DNA of 62,550 nt, filler included, from Asterionella formosa (lineage: Eukaryota): the NCBI GenBank assembly GCA_002256025.1. It is 9 parts of 9 records of this genome, joined end to end, with 100 filler letters (N's around TTAATTAATTAA, not from the genome) between each part and the next. Parts side by side here need not be neighbours in the genome. Positions count along the whole stretch, not along the records: positions 25,560 to 51,020 come from NKIB01001968.1; 8 more parts are not named here. One strand, 5' to 3'. Below, in pieces: positions 36,788 through 49,819 of this stretch. The position numbers and the translations under genes are program-made. A model generated the notes under the pieces. The model did no database searches. It was not told the origin of the DNA and worked only from the letters and a program-made list of their open reading frames with translations. Position 1 is the first letter of the stretch; the number at the start of each line of letters is the position of its first letter.

Positions 36788-39277
36788 ATCATTGCTTCGT
36801 TCGTGTCATGATGCTATTCAGGACCTTTAATAGTCCCTTTTGCATGAGAACGCACCTTCCAGTTATATGCAAATGATCTATTCATGCATGGATAAAATAA
36901 AGCGCAAAACAAACAACAAGATCAGCCATACATAGCAAACTGCTTGGTGACAGGGCCTACCGGTACATCTTCCGGTATATGGACACTCCTAAATTGGCGA
37001 CATAGGAAGGAAGTACCGGTACCGGTTTCAATAAATCATGTCCCAGAGTAGTTGAAACACGTAGAGATTCCTGATTCCAGATCAGGTTATGATAGTGTCA
37101 ATATTTTTCCATCTCTAATGACATGATTAGGAACATGTACTACAATCTACTTGATGATTGATTCAAGGAAACATGGTTAAATATCGTGTGTAAAATGCCA
37201 CAGTTAAAACAGGAACCTTTCAGGAGAAGTTCTCTCTAACCTTTTGAATGGACTCTAGAGGGCAATCATACCTAGAGGCCAAACCAATAAATAATTGACT
37301 AGACAATTACAGATATGTCCATAAACTCAAGGAACATTAAAGAAGCAAACTAGATATGATCTAATTATGATTAACAGGATCATTCTGTAAGTAGTCTTCA
37401 ATCAAACAGCATCTGGCCTAGCTACTAAGTTGAGATACTAGCTAGGTCAAGATGAGACATGTGTATTTAGGAAGAGGATGTAGTTTATTCTCAGTTCAAG
37501 TTGGGAACACAAATGAACCTTGCCTCCAAAGATCACATCTATTTTGAAGCATGCATGATCTTGGAAGTTTCAAAATTATACTTTCAAATTTACATTTACA
37601 TTATGCTTGCTCACTCCTCCTCTTTCATAAAAGCAACTATTAGCTAGTAGCAAACAAAGTAAACAAACCAATTGTGTAGAAACAATTGTTCTAAAAATTT
37701 TTACTGTCTGAGAGCTACAGATTTGTAGCATCTACCATCTTACAGGAATCATCAGGAGTGCATTTGCCAATGTGCGATGGTACCAATGACAAGTACATCA
37801 ACACATTATCCTATGATGTAAATTCTTTCATTATATATCTATCTTAACATGATGGTAATTCTGATCCAAATCACAGTTGAAAAAACTTGAAATGGATTGT
37901 ACTTTTACTCTTATATCTGGAAATGATATTGATGTTTCTATCTTCTGTGCTGCGGTAACGCAATGTTCCCCTTTTCTCTTGTCTCAATGCTCTTGATGCA
38001 TGCCTCACGCCTCCCGCCCCTTCTATGCTCTTGATTTATGCCTCCCAACTCCCTTTCACTATGATTCTGAAACTTGTCTTGCTGACAATCCCCTTTCATT
38101 TGCTCCGATTCTGAATTCATATGCGCTGTCTAATGTTTTATCCATTTTGAATTCCTTATTATAATAACAATGAGCAGGAATTACTCACTAGCCATGGGAT
38201 GCCCGAGCATTGAACTCCTCGTTGGAGTTGCTCTTGCCTAACAGATTCAATGTTGCCTTGCCAGTGGAGCTGTTGCTCAATTGTTATTTGGGAATGCTTT
38301 GAGGTTGTCTTCTGCGCAAAAACTGTAGGACCCCTTGGGTAGTGTACGCCAGCAGCATTCGAAATCAATTATAGTAATCATGAAAAAATATACATAAATG
38401 GATGAACAAAAGATAGAACTAGATCCTACGGGAGTTCTGCAGTGGAGTGTACCACAACGTGAGATCCGAAATTGGTCAGGGTGCCTCGAGAAAAATGTAA
38501 GTACAGTCCAGCAGCAACCAGAAGGTCCGGTAAAACACGTTTTTCCTTAGAAAAGATAATGCTAAATATCTCGAACACCGGACCTTCCCAGGACACTGAA
38601 GTACGGTACCGTGTATTGCAATCGCATTAACGGAAACGGTTACGGCATATTCATCCTGTGCCGGCGGTACCGGTAGATCATTACCAGGTACCGTATTCCT
38701 GGTCGTACCAGGGAATTCAACTAAGTGCATACCGGTAACGTTACCATCAGTTACCTTCGTTACTACATAACGGGTACCGGTAAACCTGCTGGTACTACCG
38801 ATACACGTACCTGGTAGTCAACCGGCATGTACTGTATACCAGTATTTCTTCCTTTTGTCATGACATCAAGCATGCCCTGTGGTACCAGTTACTTCGTCCC
38901 AGAGGATCTAATTCAAAGACAGGGTACAGGTAGGCAACTAGCTGTTTAAAAAGGTTAAGTTAGAAATCAAAGCTTACTTTGGTTTTCTATGTCGTCGAGT
39001 TCACCGCACAGATCTCTGTTCCGTACTTAATGCAAAACCAGTTGTTCCCTCAGAGGCACCATAGACTACTAAAATATGTATATCATAATTAGCACCTCAT
39101 CACACCTTTGCACCAACTAACATTTGACTACTGGTGGCTAAATCGTGAAACTTATTATTGTGAATCGCAAATGTACTTTATCATACATGCACACGTCAAA
39201 TGTTTTGGCTTTAATAATACTCCGAGTATCATTGCCGCTGTATACTTGATCGGTTAATCAACCATGCAATTCGACGT

Positions 39278-40325
39278 CTAGTTACCGTCACAGTAGTATA
39301 CTGATTGACTAAGAATGATGGAAGAAATCAGACCATAGAGCGCGATGTTACCTGCGAATACCTGAATCAAAACCATGGCGACAAACAGCTTATCTCCACC
39401 ACCGGCCTTTTTCTTGCCATCGCCTCGTCCTCCACCGTGTCCCCCGCGAGAGTTTGACTTTGCTTCCACATCGTATGTCCCAGATGATCGGACTGCTGCA
39501 TCACCGGCAATACCAATACAAAAGCCACTCCCAAGTCCACTCAGACCACAGCACAAACCTGCTGCCAGGTGGGCAGCACCAGTGAACAACGAATACTTGT
39601 TTGCCGATGTTCCGGGATCCGGGGACGAGATCGCCCCGACAAGAATGATGGCCGTAATGAGACCGTAAATTCCATTAACACCAGCCATGATGACTGGAAT
39701 TAGATTTCTCCAGATTTGCTCAGGAGAGTTGATACCAGCCTTCATGATTCCAACACCAGCTTTTGCAGTTCCAGCGGCGGCACCAATGTCTGTGAAGTAG
39801 AGGAGAGAGTGGGTTAGATGTAGGAGGTATCTATTTATTTAGTGAATCAAGGACGCTTTAAGGAATAATTCAAAATGGCGTCTTTTCACGCCCCAAAAGC
39901 TTCTTCACGATAATTGATAGACTAGCGACGCTTGCTGTGACGATTCAGCTAACAAGAGACGTTGCCGCCAATCATTCATTCTTGTTGAGTAGAGTTCATT
40001 GGTCAAAATGGTAGGACCCGTCATTTGACGCAGTTTGCTAGTCTCGTGCATTCACCCCACGCCTGATGCCGACATACCCGCATCATGCCATGGAATGATA
40101 GCATTGTTGGAGCGATATCCTATCATCATAGTCGTCGAAATGACATTGCACCTTGCCGTTTTCTAGCAACTTCCCATACCCCGATTTTATTCCGTCCAAA
40201 GAAAAGCGACTCCACGAAAGATGGTTTCCCGCAAACTCACTTGCAAAAACAACGGCCGACATGACACCCATGTACCCCAGAAAGGGAGCAATTGCCGGGC
40301 ACAGGTCGTCGGATCCAGATGACAT
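39278..40325 (-). CDS. Divergent V-ATPase V0 proteolipid subunit c-like protein (two exons)
   Basis: Exon 1 40325-40241 (MSSGSDDLCPAIAPFLGYMG...), 451-bp intron 40240-39790, exon 2 NIGAAAGTAKAGVGI...LIPVIMAG..GIYGL...HLAAGL.CGLSGL..G..IGIAGDAAVR...LYGLI. Confidence 0.9.
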
Positions 40326-40619
40326 GGTGGGCGAGTATATACCGGTAAATGAATGTCGGAACGAAAATGATGAGCGAGATGGTTTAAAGCAAAGCCCGAA
40401 CACCCGGCTGGCGATTATATTCAAGTTTGTATATCAATTAACAGCAAATATTTCTTGTCGTTGTTAGAACAGGATGGATCTCTTCGACTAAAATCTATGT
40501 CGACCGGAACCAGCAGGGACGCGGATTACATCATGATCAGCCAACGAACAACTACTTGTAAGATAGGTACGTGGGTTACACAAGCGCAACACACAAGTAG
40601 GGAATTCGCAGGAAACGAA

Positions 40620-41254
40620 AGTACCCTGTATTGGCAATTTTTGGTACATTCTTTTCAACCAGTCATCAAAATCCAGGCATACCTTGTATTGGTGGGCGTT
40701 GCAACATTTTCCAATACAAGGTATTGGTCATTTGATTTTTTTCAATACAAGGTGATATATCATTCTAATACAAGGTTCTCCTTGTATTGGAAAAAGGTCA
40801 GTATGATGTCAAGAACAACAAATACTTGTTGCCAATGTTCCGGGATTCAGGGACAAGATTGCACCAACAAGGATGATGTCAAGTCCAATACAAGGTGAAA
40901 ACATATCCAGGTATCACTCCAATTCAAGAAGGTGTTCCTTTATTTGTCATGAGAATATCATCCAATACACGGTATTCCCTGTATTGGGCTCAGTTTATTT
41001 CTCAATACAAGGTGACAACATTTTGCAATTCAAGGTTGCCCTTGTTCTTGTATTGGGTTTTGGCTGCACTTCATTATGTCCCAATACAACAAGGTCATGA
41101 GTTCCGATACAAAGTGACAACATTTTCCAATTCAAGGTTTCCCCTGTATTGGGTTTTGGCAGTATTATGTCTCATCCCAATACAAGGTCATAAGTCCCAA
41201 TACAAGGTGACAATATTGTGCAATTCAAGGTTGACCCTGTATTGGTCTATAGTG
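40620..41254. repeat. Degenerate array of CCAATACAAGG/CCTTGTATTGG motifs in both orientations, ending in TAGTG (CACTA-like subterminal region)
   Basis: About 20 imperfect copies of the 11-mer or its reverse complement. The right end reads CACTATAGACCAATACAGGG on the minus strand. Confidence 0.65.
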
Positions 41255-41577
41255 CTGGTAAAGTGTATATATGATATTATACAGTATGATGCATATTGAT
41301 AAAACCGTTATTTTTTGATTTATATGATCATTCAGTAATGTATACTTTCAAAACTTTCAAATTTTGGCAATGTGTCTGCAATGCGTATTGATCAGCATAT
41401 AAAACTGTCATTTTCTGTGTTTGGAATGGAAAGCCAGCCTAACCCTTCTGGTACTAGGCATGGGACAAATCATTGGGAGTGAGTCGAAACTGAATATGTG
41501 CATATGAAACGCGCACTACCGGACCTAACTGGTACCTGGTACAAGGTAGTATTGCAAATATTATTGATTACACAGTA

Positions 41578-42824
41578 CACTGGAAGGTATGGTAATTACG
41601 CCATCTGCGCGCTTTTTTAGTTTCATCCCGTCTGCAGGGCTTTGAAACTACGATCGACCATTTGAGTTGGCTGGCTTTCCTAGCCAATGTTCCTTCTAAG
41701 TGAATCCAGATTATAACCGCAATTAGTGATTTGGCGTTTGCTAGTTAATAAACCCTCCCATTTGCTCACTACACCAAATTTTCGCTCATCGCTCATAGAT
41801 TTTGCTCATTGCTCAGAGGAATTTGCTCTTCGCTAAAAAATACTCATTGCCACCAGCTATTTCATTTTCAAATAGTTACCGGTAATAGCAGGAGCGTAAT
41901 TTGGCCCAGATTTTCTTATCAACATAGACTTATGTTGAAAATATTTATATTAAATATTATCCATTTTTATTCGACTCATGCAAGCGAATCATCCCTGATT
42001 TTTCGCGCCCTTTTTGTAGATCAAGTCATCAAACTTGCAAGTTGAATGCATGGTTGGAAAGCAACGCAAAATAGAATTGATTAAATGCTTAGATATCTAC
42101 CTGTAGTCAATGTCTCTCTCGTCTTGAACTTGACCCAGCGGGTCACTCAAAATCTTCTAACAAATCTTGGGACTGGTTCCGTACCTAGCTACTCCGAAAC
42201 CGCTCAACATTCGGGATTTCCTTATAACTCTCCACCTCTCGAAGCCTGCAATTTCACAACGACCATGATAGATTGTTGTTGGATCTTCCATGAACTTTTT
42301 GGCTTTCAAATTGAATTGATATTTTTGTCATGTCCTTTGATCATCGTTATCAGATGAGCGATGTATGGCAAGATGTAAAATATAAAGGTAATTAATTTAA
42401 TATGTGCTCATCTAACGGTGTATCATTAAAATTGCTCAATTGCCGGTATTGCATTAAATTTACTATTTAATTGTTGTTCTTATTCTTACAAATAAAGACG
42501 AAATTGTTTCAGCCTTACCAGGTATTTTTTTGCTGATAACTTCTTGCTTTAGCTCTAACATTATTGCTTTTGCTCTATCCCGACGAACTTTTTTGCTCAA
42601 TCGCTAAATTTTTTCTCATTGCTAAAAAAATTGCTTACTAAAAGTAGGCGCGATTTAGCAAGTTATTAACTTTTCGTAATTGTGGTTATAATTTGAATTT
42701 ACTTAATAAGAAACATTGTCTAGAAAGCCAGCCGACTCCAACTGTCGGTTGTAGTTTCGAAGCCCTGCAGGCGGGCTGAAACCAAAAAAGCGCGCAGAGT
42801 GCGCAATTTCCGCACCTTCCAGAG
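41578..42824. mobile_element. 1.25-kb foldback/MITE with ~150-bp imperfect TIRs
   Basis: 41578-~41725 (CACTGGAAGGTATGG...CTGCAGGGCTTTGAAACTAC...) matches the reverse complement of ~42676-42824. Internal TTTTGCTCAT repeats. No clear TSD. Confidence 0.8.
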
Positions 42825-43127
42825 AAGCCAAATTCTATGTACCAGTATAGTGGGCGCGCTCTGATGATAAAATAATATTATATCATGTGTGCATTATAAC
42901 ACAAATTATTTTGGTGATTTGATACATAATATCGTTGTTGCGCTCTGATAGTAGAGATATTTTAGATTACTTATCTGACATAAAATAAATATTTAACTTT
43001 AATTTATACAATTAAATTTTTATTGCGATGCATCCTCTTGTGTGTTATGCCTCCGATCTCCTCTCCTTACTATAGAGGAAGTACCGGTGTATGAGTTCCA
43101 TAATTTCACCATTGTCGGCCACTGACC

Positions 43128-44320
43128 ATGTCGGCTTTCCGCTCATCTCATGATGATAAGCATGATGATATAATCATCACATCATTGCTACTGCTAGCAG
43201 CATGTGATCTAGCAAACAAGACGCCATATTTCAATGACAGTTTGACTGTTGACGAGGTCAGAAGAAGAAGTGGCAAAATCAGGCGCAAGGCACTGCAGCA
43301 TCAATTTTCAAATTTTCAAGTCCATTCTTGACTTTGTTCTCTCATCACATTTTATGGGTTCAACCACCATGCTTCTTTCAAGCTCCTACACCATCTATTC
43401 AAGCCCTGTTTTGATTCCTTTACTCCCTGTCATAGGAAGTATACAGATTTCATTGTTAGAAGTTCAACAAAAAAAGGGTCAGCCCACCAGATTCCTCAGT
43501 TCCATCAGTTGTCTGGCGCTTGGGATAGCATGGCCCAGGACTCGTGGTTCCTATATGATTCTTCAAATAATTTTCGGTTTAACTCATGGTTCCTTGAGTG
43601 TTTGGTTGAGGTTTTCAAGGCGAATGATTGTAAAAGTGCTGTTGACAAATGAAGATGCCATTGTGAGACTGCCTACAGCAGACGAAGACACCTTGTTTGC
43701 AACAATGATCAATCAGAAAAACCCAATTATAAAAATTGTTGGCGAGATGGATGGACTAAAAATGACTCTGCAACGAGCTGGAAATGAAACACAGCAGAAC
43801 AATGCATTTGTACAATAGATGAACTCATGAACACTATGTGACAAACTTGTTTCCTTTTTCGCCTGATGGAAAAATTCGCTGTTCTTATTTCAATACACCT
43901 GGAGTTCTCCATGACTCCACCATGGCAATTTGTTCATCGATCAATGATCAAATTGAAATGATTTAGAGGGATACAGATAAAAAGTGGTTATGGATCCAGC
44001 ATTTTCATCTAAGAAATCAAATGCAATGCTGAAATCCCATCAAAATACTAACGTAAATGCAAATGGTAATCCTCAACAAAGTTTGGGTATAAACCGTCAA
44101 GCAACTTCAGTCAGACAGTTGTCCAAATGGTGAATGCGATGTCTTCAGGGATCTTTTCCTAGGAAGAAAGACAAATTTCTTTATGAAGATAGAGGTGAAA
44201 TAAACTAATCCTGCAAATGATTGTGTTGCTTTACAATTTTCGGGCAAGTTAAGTCGGTCAGAATCAAATTGCTTCTGTTTACATGCACTATTTGCATAGA
44301 AGAGCTAAAAGATATGCATT
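43128..44320 (+). pseudogene. Degraded Harbinger-type DDE transposase (family 2)
   Basis: Close to the open 59900-60906 copy (RTRGSYMILQIIFGLTHGSLSVWLRFSRRM) but with frameshifts and stops. Confidence 0.85.
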
Positions 44321-44350
44321 TTATTCTTTGATTTAATTGATTTAAAAAAA

Positions 44351-45642
44351 TTATTCATTATCACTACTTTCATTTCTATCATTTGGTGATTGAAATTCTA
44401 TTGATGCACCAGACAAAGGTTGGGGTGCACTGTTGGTACTTGGTGCTGTTGATGGCATTGGGGTCATAGGAGGTTGTAGATGATTGCGATTTTGGATTTG
44501 TTGCTGCATTGATATCATATTTGAAGCTATCATGGATTTGATCATTGCCTGAATGGACTCAATGCCTGCATGGGAATTTGTTTTTTTCTTCTGGTGTCCT
44601 GCGGTTGAACATGGATGACATGATCAACATCATCATCATCATGGTGTTCATGATGTTTTATTGCTGTTGTTGCTGACATTGTATCTCCTTAGCATCACTC
44701 TTTCCAGTCTTCTGGAGGAACTGTGTAGAAACTAGAGTCAATATTATGTCGAGATTGTTTGACACATGTCTATCTCTATTCCGGGGGGGGGATACAATCA
44801 TTGGTTGAGGAAACCTTGCATCAGCAGTGAAACCAGCATAATTCACAGTCGCTGCAGCTGAATTTCCTCCTTTAGATTCTTTAGAAGTCGCAGCTTTATT
44901 AGTTGAAGTTTCGTGAGGTTCATCATTGCCCTCATAAATGGCCATGAACAAGTCATCATCAGCCACCATCTATACCAAGCAAGGTCAGTTGAATCAACCT
45001 CTCCACTTGCATCTGCTCCTCTTGCTTCTATTTTCCGAAATACTTGTTTTGCGTACTACCTGACCTCAGGAGGACAATTTGGGTCACATGTTGGTTTTTT
45101 GACCTTGTGAAGCTGAGAAAACTTTCGCCGAGTTGAAGTTCCAGTTCGATCCTTGTCTGGAAATTTTTCATTGTGTTTAGCAGCAAGACATTCCCATTTG
45201 TGTGATCTAATTGGCAGATGACTCAAAACAGAATCTAACAATGGCATAACCTCCTTGAGTCGAAACTGTTGACCCCTAGCTACTTGCTCTATAAGCAGCG
45301 TGCCCTTGGAAAAACTGGTGGAAGATTTCTTCTGCTGTTGATGCTACCAGCACTTGTTCTTCTTGCAACTGTTTGGCTGATTGCAGTAACGCTCTTGTGG
45401 TGTGATGATTCATTGCCATCTCCTGTTGAGGAAGACTGGGAGACACCAACATGAGAGACACTGGAAGCACCAAACCTGCTGTCATCGTTGCTGGCTGGCT
45501 GTGTTATCTCCATTTCTTCCTTCTTGTCTTCTGGTGGTTTTGACTGTTGCTCTTGTTGGTGATGGCAATGTTCATGCAGCCTTGGAGAGGAAGGGAAACC
45601 CTCTCTGGCTGGTCTCCTTTGCCCAGATGAGGATGACAACAT
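44351..45642 (-). pseudogene. Degraded Harbinger partner ORF (Myb/SANT-like, DUF6818-type DNA-binding protein), convergent with the transposase
   Basis: LLDSVLSHLPI...KWE.LA..HN..FPDKDRT..S.RRKFSQLHKVKKPT.DPNCPPEVR. M/Q-rich C-terminus homologous to 59360-59822. Broken frame. Confidence 0.7.
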
Positions 45643-45983
45643 CGTCGGACATTGTCGAAATCCACGAAATCTAAAAGTGATGATGATCAGTGTCTTGAGG
45701 AGGTTGATTGATATGTAACATGTGCATACCTACTAGTTTGGCAAGAGCAAGCCATTTCGGATATGAGCAAGCAAGTCTTGAAATATTCTGGGAAATTAAA
45801 TGTAGTCATCCCTGAATAGCGGTAGGCATGTTTTCATATACTACTGCACAGTTATTTCTACAAAAATTTGTGTTTGAACTGGAGTTACCAAATTTTCTTG
45901 CCGCTGTTCAGATGTTGCTGCCAGCTCCAGCTCCAGCTCAATGATATTGTTCTCGTTGTTCATATCAAGAATCAGTATTCGCC

Positions 45984-48284
45984 ATGACGGAGAAGGCCAG
46001 AGCGAATGAATGTAGTAAATTCTGTAGACTGTAAGTACGACGAGCTGGGCATCAATAAATGAAAACGTGTGCAGTTTCTCACCGCAGATGGATCTTTGTT
46101 ACATAAATATCTCGTCTCAGAATTCGCGAGGCCGCTGCCAAAGCAGTAGCGGCCGAAGATGTGTGGGCCAAGTATGATATCCCTTCAATTCCAGCCGAAC
46201 GCATCATTCGTCATCTATACAACCACTCGACGCAATCATGGTCGACTGAAGAAACCATAGTCAAGATGGAAAAGGAGCCCTTTACGCACGGCGCCATGCG
46301 CTTTTGCTTTCGCATGAAGAAGCTTGCGACGCCACCCGCCTCAGCCACGAACCATCGGTTTCACCAATATGGTTGGACGCGAGCAAGCAACTATGTCGCT
46401 AAAGCCTACATCAAGGACGGAGTGGTAGATTGTACTGACAACGCAAAGGATGCAGTCCGGAATGACATTGTCCTACAGTACGAAGCCAACTTCTGGGCGC
46501 AACGCTTTAACCGCGCACATCCACCAAAGGAAATCGCCTTCATTCGAGCCTACGCGATCGAATTTCCAGATCGGGAAGGCACACCATGGTTTGCCGTTGA
46601 ACGATACATCGCTGGTCGAGATTCATATGGAGCTGGCTTTCACAAGCACAATACCAACTCTGGTTATGTAGATCTAGAACAGCACAGAATGACGCCTCAA
46701 GTATTTTCAGCGCATTCATTTTATGCTTCCGATGGAACTAGATTAGTGGCAGATATTCAGGGAGTCGGAGACTTGTATACAGATCCTCAGGTTCTTTCCG
46801 ATGATTACCGCTTTGGTGATGGCGACTTGGGTGCACGTGGCATGGCGCTCTTTTTTCATTCATTCCGACACTGTACCTTTAGTGATTCAATGGGAATACC
46901 CATCTTTCCGTTGAGCAGAAACGAGCTGAAGCATCAAGCAAAATACAGGGATGACGAAATCACTGTTAGTGATGACGAAGAAAGCATGACGGAAACGAAA
47001 ATCAGCATGTTGGAACGCATTGACTTGAATCGAATACGACGAAAAAGCGTGTTGGTATCGCCCATGGATCTCTACAAACCTGACGATGAGGTGGAAACAG
47101 TAAGGCGATCCAACTTAAAGACTCGAGATGATATTCGCACATCTATTCGCAAATCAATGAAATCGATTTCTGCACCTCACATTAACCGATCGAAGTCGGA
47201 TATTGATGAGATTTCTACCTGTTTAAAGATTGCTACGCAAGATGCAGTGTTTGATCATCATGCCTTCCACAGAAAGGCATCAGGGGAAGTTCGCGAGCGT
47301 AGTACTGTGGTCGAGAAGGAGAATGGGAGCAAGTCGAAGTTCCGAGGATCTGTCATGAAAATAGTTGCGCCACCCTTGATCCCAAATGACGAGTGTCGAG
47401 CAAACTTGGGCAAAGTTCACTATCAACTCGCGTGTCTTCATGGTATGGGTCGATTTCCAGAAACCATTCCAGAACAACATAATGACTGCAATTCTCCTGA
47501 TCATGATATTTTCTCAGTCGTCTTTCATTTGTCCCATGCTGCATCGTTGTACAATGTTCCTGCTTGTCTTGCACTGGCGCGTGTGCAGGCTGGATTGGAA
47601 ACTACAGTTTCAAGATTGTTGGCGTCAACAATCTCCGTGAATTTTGAAGCTGCCAAAGTTTTGCTGCAACGAGCCCTGGAGTCTCCTCAGCCTCCATCGG
47701 AACCAAAGGCTGCCGCTGGCTGTTTGCTCTTTCAGATCTTGCAAGACGAAGAAGGATCAACAAATGTGGCACTCATGGGGATTCTAGAGGACATTCTTGG
47801 TTTAATGGGAGCAGCAGAGAAGGAGACCGAGGAGCTTAAGAAGCATGAAGCTCGCGTTGCACGAGGAGGGGACATGCAAACAGGCGACAAGGTGAAGGCA
47901 AACTATGCCTTGGAAGGAGAATATTACTCAGGAGTCGTAGTGGAAGTGTCGGACAATAAAGACTTTATCACGGTGCGGTATGACGATGATGGATCGACCG
48001 AAACATTAACGAGTGACAACGTCAGACCCCTGATCCCTCCCACGGCATCAATCAGGAATGTGTCACTCTCGGATAGCGTCGTATTTGGCGTAGATAACGC
48101 TGACGAAAAGTGCATTATGGAGTCCTACGTCATCAAGGGTGAACTTGCGGAGCTGAAGGCAAAATGCGGCGAGGAGGAAGTTGCAGCATCTTTATTTGGG
48201 GAAGCGGCTGACGGAGCAATGAGTGCAGGGAAAATGCAAACAGCAACCAAGTGGAGTCTACGTGCCGCTGAGTTGCAGATGTAA
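45984..48284 (+). CDS. EEF2K: Eukaryotic elongation factor 2 kinase (alpha-kinase) with SEL1-like C-terminus and inserted Tudor domain
   Basis: Exon 1 45984-46030, intron 46031-46120 (GTAAGT...TCTCAG). Motifs PFTHGAMRFCFR, YVAK, KHNTNSG, RMTPQVFS, DIQGVGDLYTDPQ, FGDGDLG..GMALFFHS..HC, LGKVHYQLA. Confidence 0.9.
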
Positions 48285-48531
48285 ATCTCGTCTAAGTCTA
48301 ATAGAAATCGTTATCATTTACGAGAAGAACTTACAGAACATGGGTAATTTGGCAAGACGTTGGTGAGAAGGGCTGCACATCTGCAAACATCTCGTTTTCT
48401 TAAAAATTGCAACATTTCCCCGAATGTGAATTCACTGGTTGTTTGTCGTTTGCATACTTGTGGGCGGCCATCTACTCCAGATCATTTACTGTTGAGCACA
48501 TGATTCGAACCACTCGTCGAGGATCCGTCCC

Positions 48532-49819
48532 TCAGATACGTTCCATGATCCAAGCGATGGCGTCGTTGAAGACCAAGTTGACGTTCTCCTCTGGCTCACC
48601 TGAGGTGATTGTGTGCCACATGCCATCGTATAGCTTAATTGACTTGTCAGGTGACGACGATTCCTCAAACATGAGTTGCGATAGCTTAGGATCAGTCACT
48701 TTGTCTTCTTTCCCGTGTTGAACCAGAAAGGGAGCATCAAACCCCACAAGTTTCTTGGAAATTCGAGAAGTTGCATCCAGCAATTCTCTAGCCGTAGTCA
48801 ATCGTGGGTATCTGCCGAACGCGGTGGGAGCACTCATTACGAGATCTCGCAGGTGCTTGAGCTTATAACTTAGTTCACGCAAGTCCCCTTTGGTAGGGGA
48901 AATAGGTAAATAACCAAGAAGTGTATTGGCACCTTTCTCACCGATAATGCTTCGAATCAAATTGATCACAATTGGAGGCGGTAGCATTTCATCCGATATC
49001 TTACACATTGGACAAGTGAACACGACCCCACTAAAGAGGTTAGGATTTTCCTGGTAAGCACAAAAGGCAACCGCGCCTCCCATAGACTGTGCCAATGTTG
49101 AAAACAGTAAACACAATGTGAGATGCGAATGACATCACCTTTTCATCCTTTTCGGATCATGACACTCACCTCGCCCATCAAGAACACTTTCTTGCCAGGA
49201 AACCTCGAGGTAGTTATTTGATCAAAGTATGAAACAACGTCTCCCACCAAGAGCTGGAAATCATAAATCAAACCAGAAGGACCATCGGATCGTCCATGGC
49301 CTTCGTAATCAATTCCGACGACTGCGATGCCGTTTCTAACGAAACGTTGGTATTCCGCCCTCTTCAGAAATGAAATGTGATCTGAATAGCCGTGACAAAA
49401 CGCCAAAACAGCCTTGACTTCGCTATCCTTAGGAATCATGGTAGCTGCATACAAGGCCATGCCTCTGTAGATTGGGTGAGCAAGTGTTTGCGAAGCATCT
49501 GCAGTTCATTCACAAGATTTGACTTGACGTACCGAGAATTCTGCCAATATCCTTCCTCGAGAATGATATCGTCAGGGACTTGTCGTAGACTCGGAGGCAA
49601 ATCTGCAGTATGGATGAATGTATGATACGCCCTGCGTCGAACAGAAGAATCATCCGAGAGACGAAAGCAATATGGAATCACCAGTGACACCACGTATGAA
49701 ACCAGTAGGACCAGCGGGGGCCAGAGATACGCTAGAAGGAAGAGTATGAATCCGGCAGTCAAGATGATCGACTGGGAGACGATGGGAGGTGGAACGTACG
49801 GCTCGAGAGGGACTTTCAT
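48532..49819 (-). CDS. Alpha/beta hydrolase (monoacylglycerol lipase / caffeoyl shikimate esterase family) with N-terminal membrane anchor, three exons
   Basis: Exons 49819-49533, 49464-49170 and 49086-48532. Splicing builds NSRGM and the nucleophile motif GE|SMGG. Also FCHGY, DYEGHGRSDG, HGKEDKVTD, YDGMWH. Confidence 0.9.
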
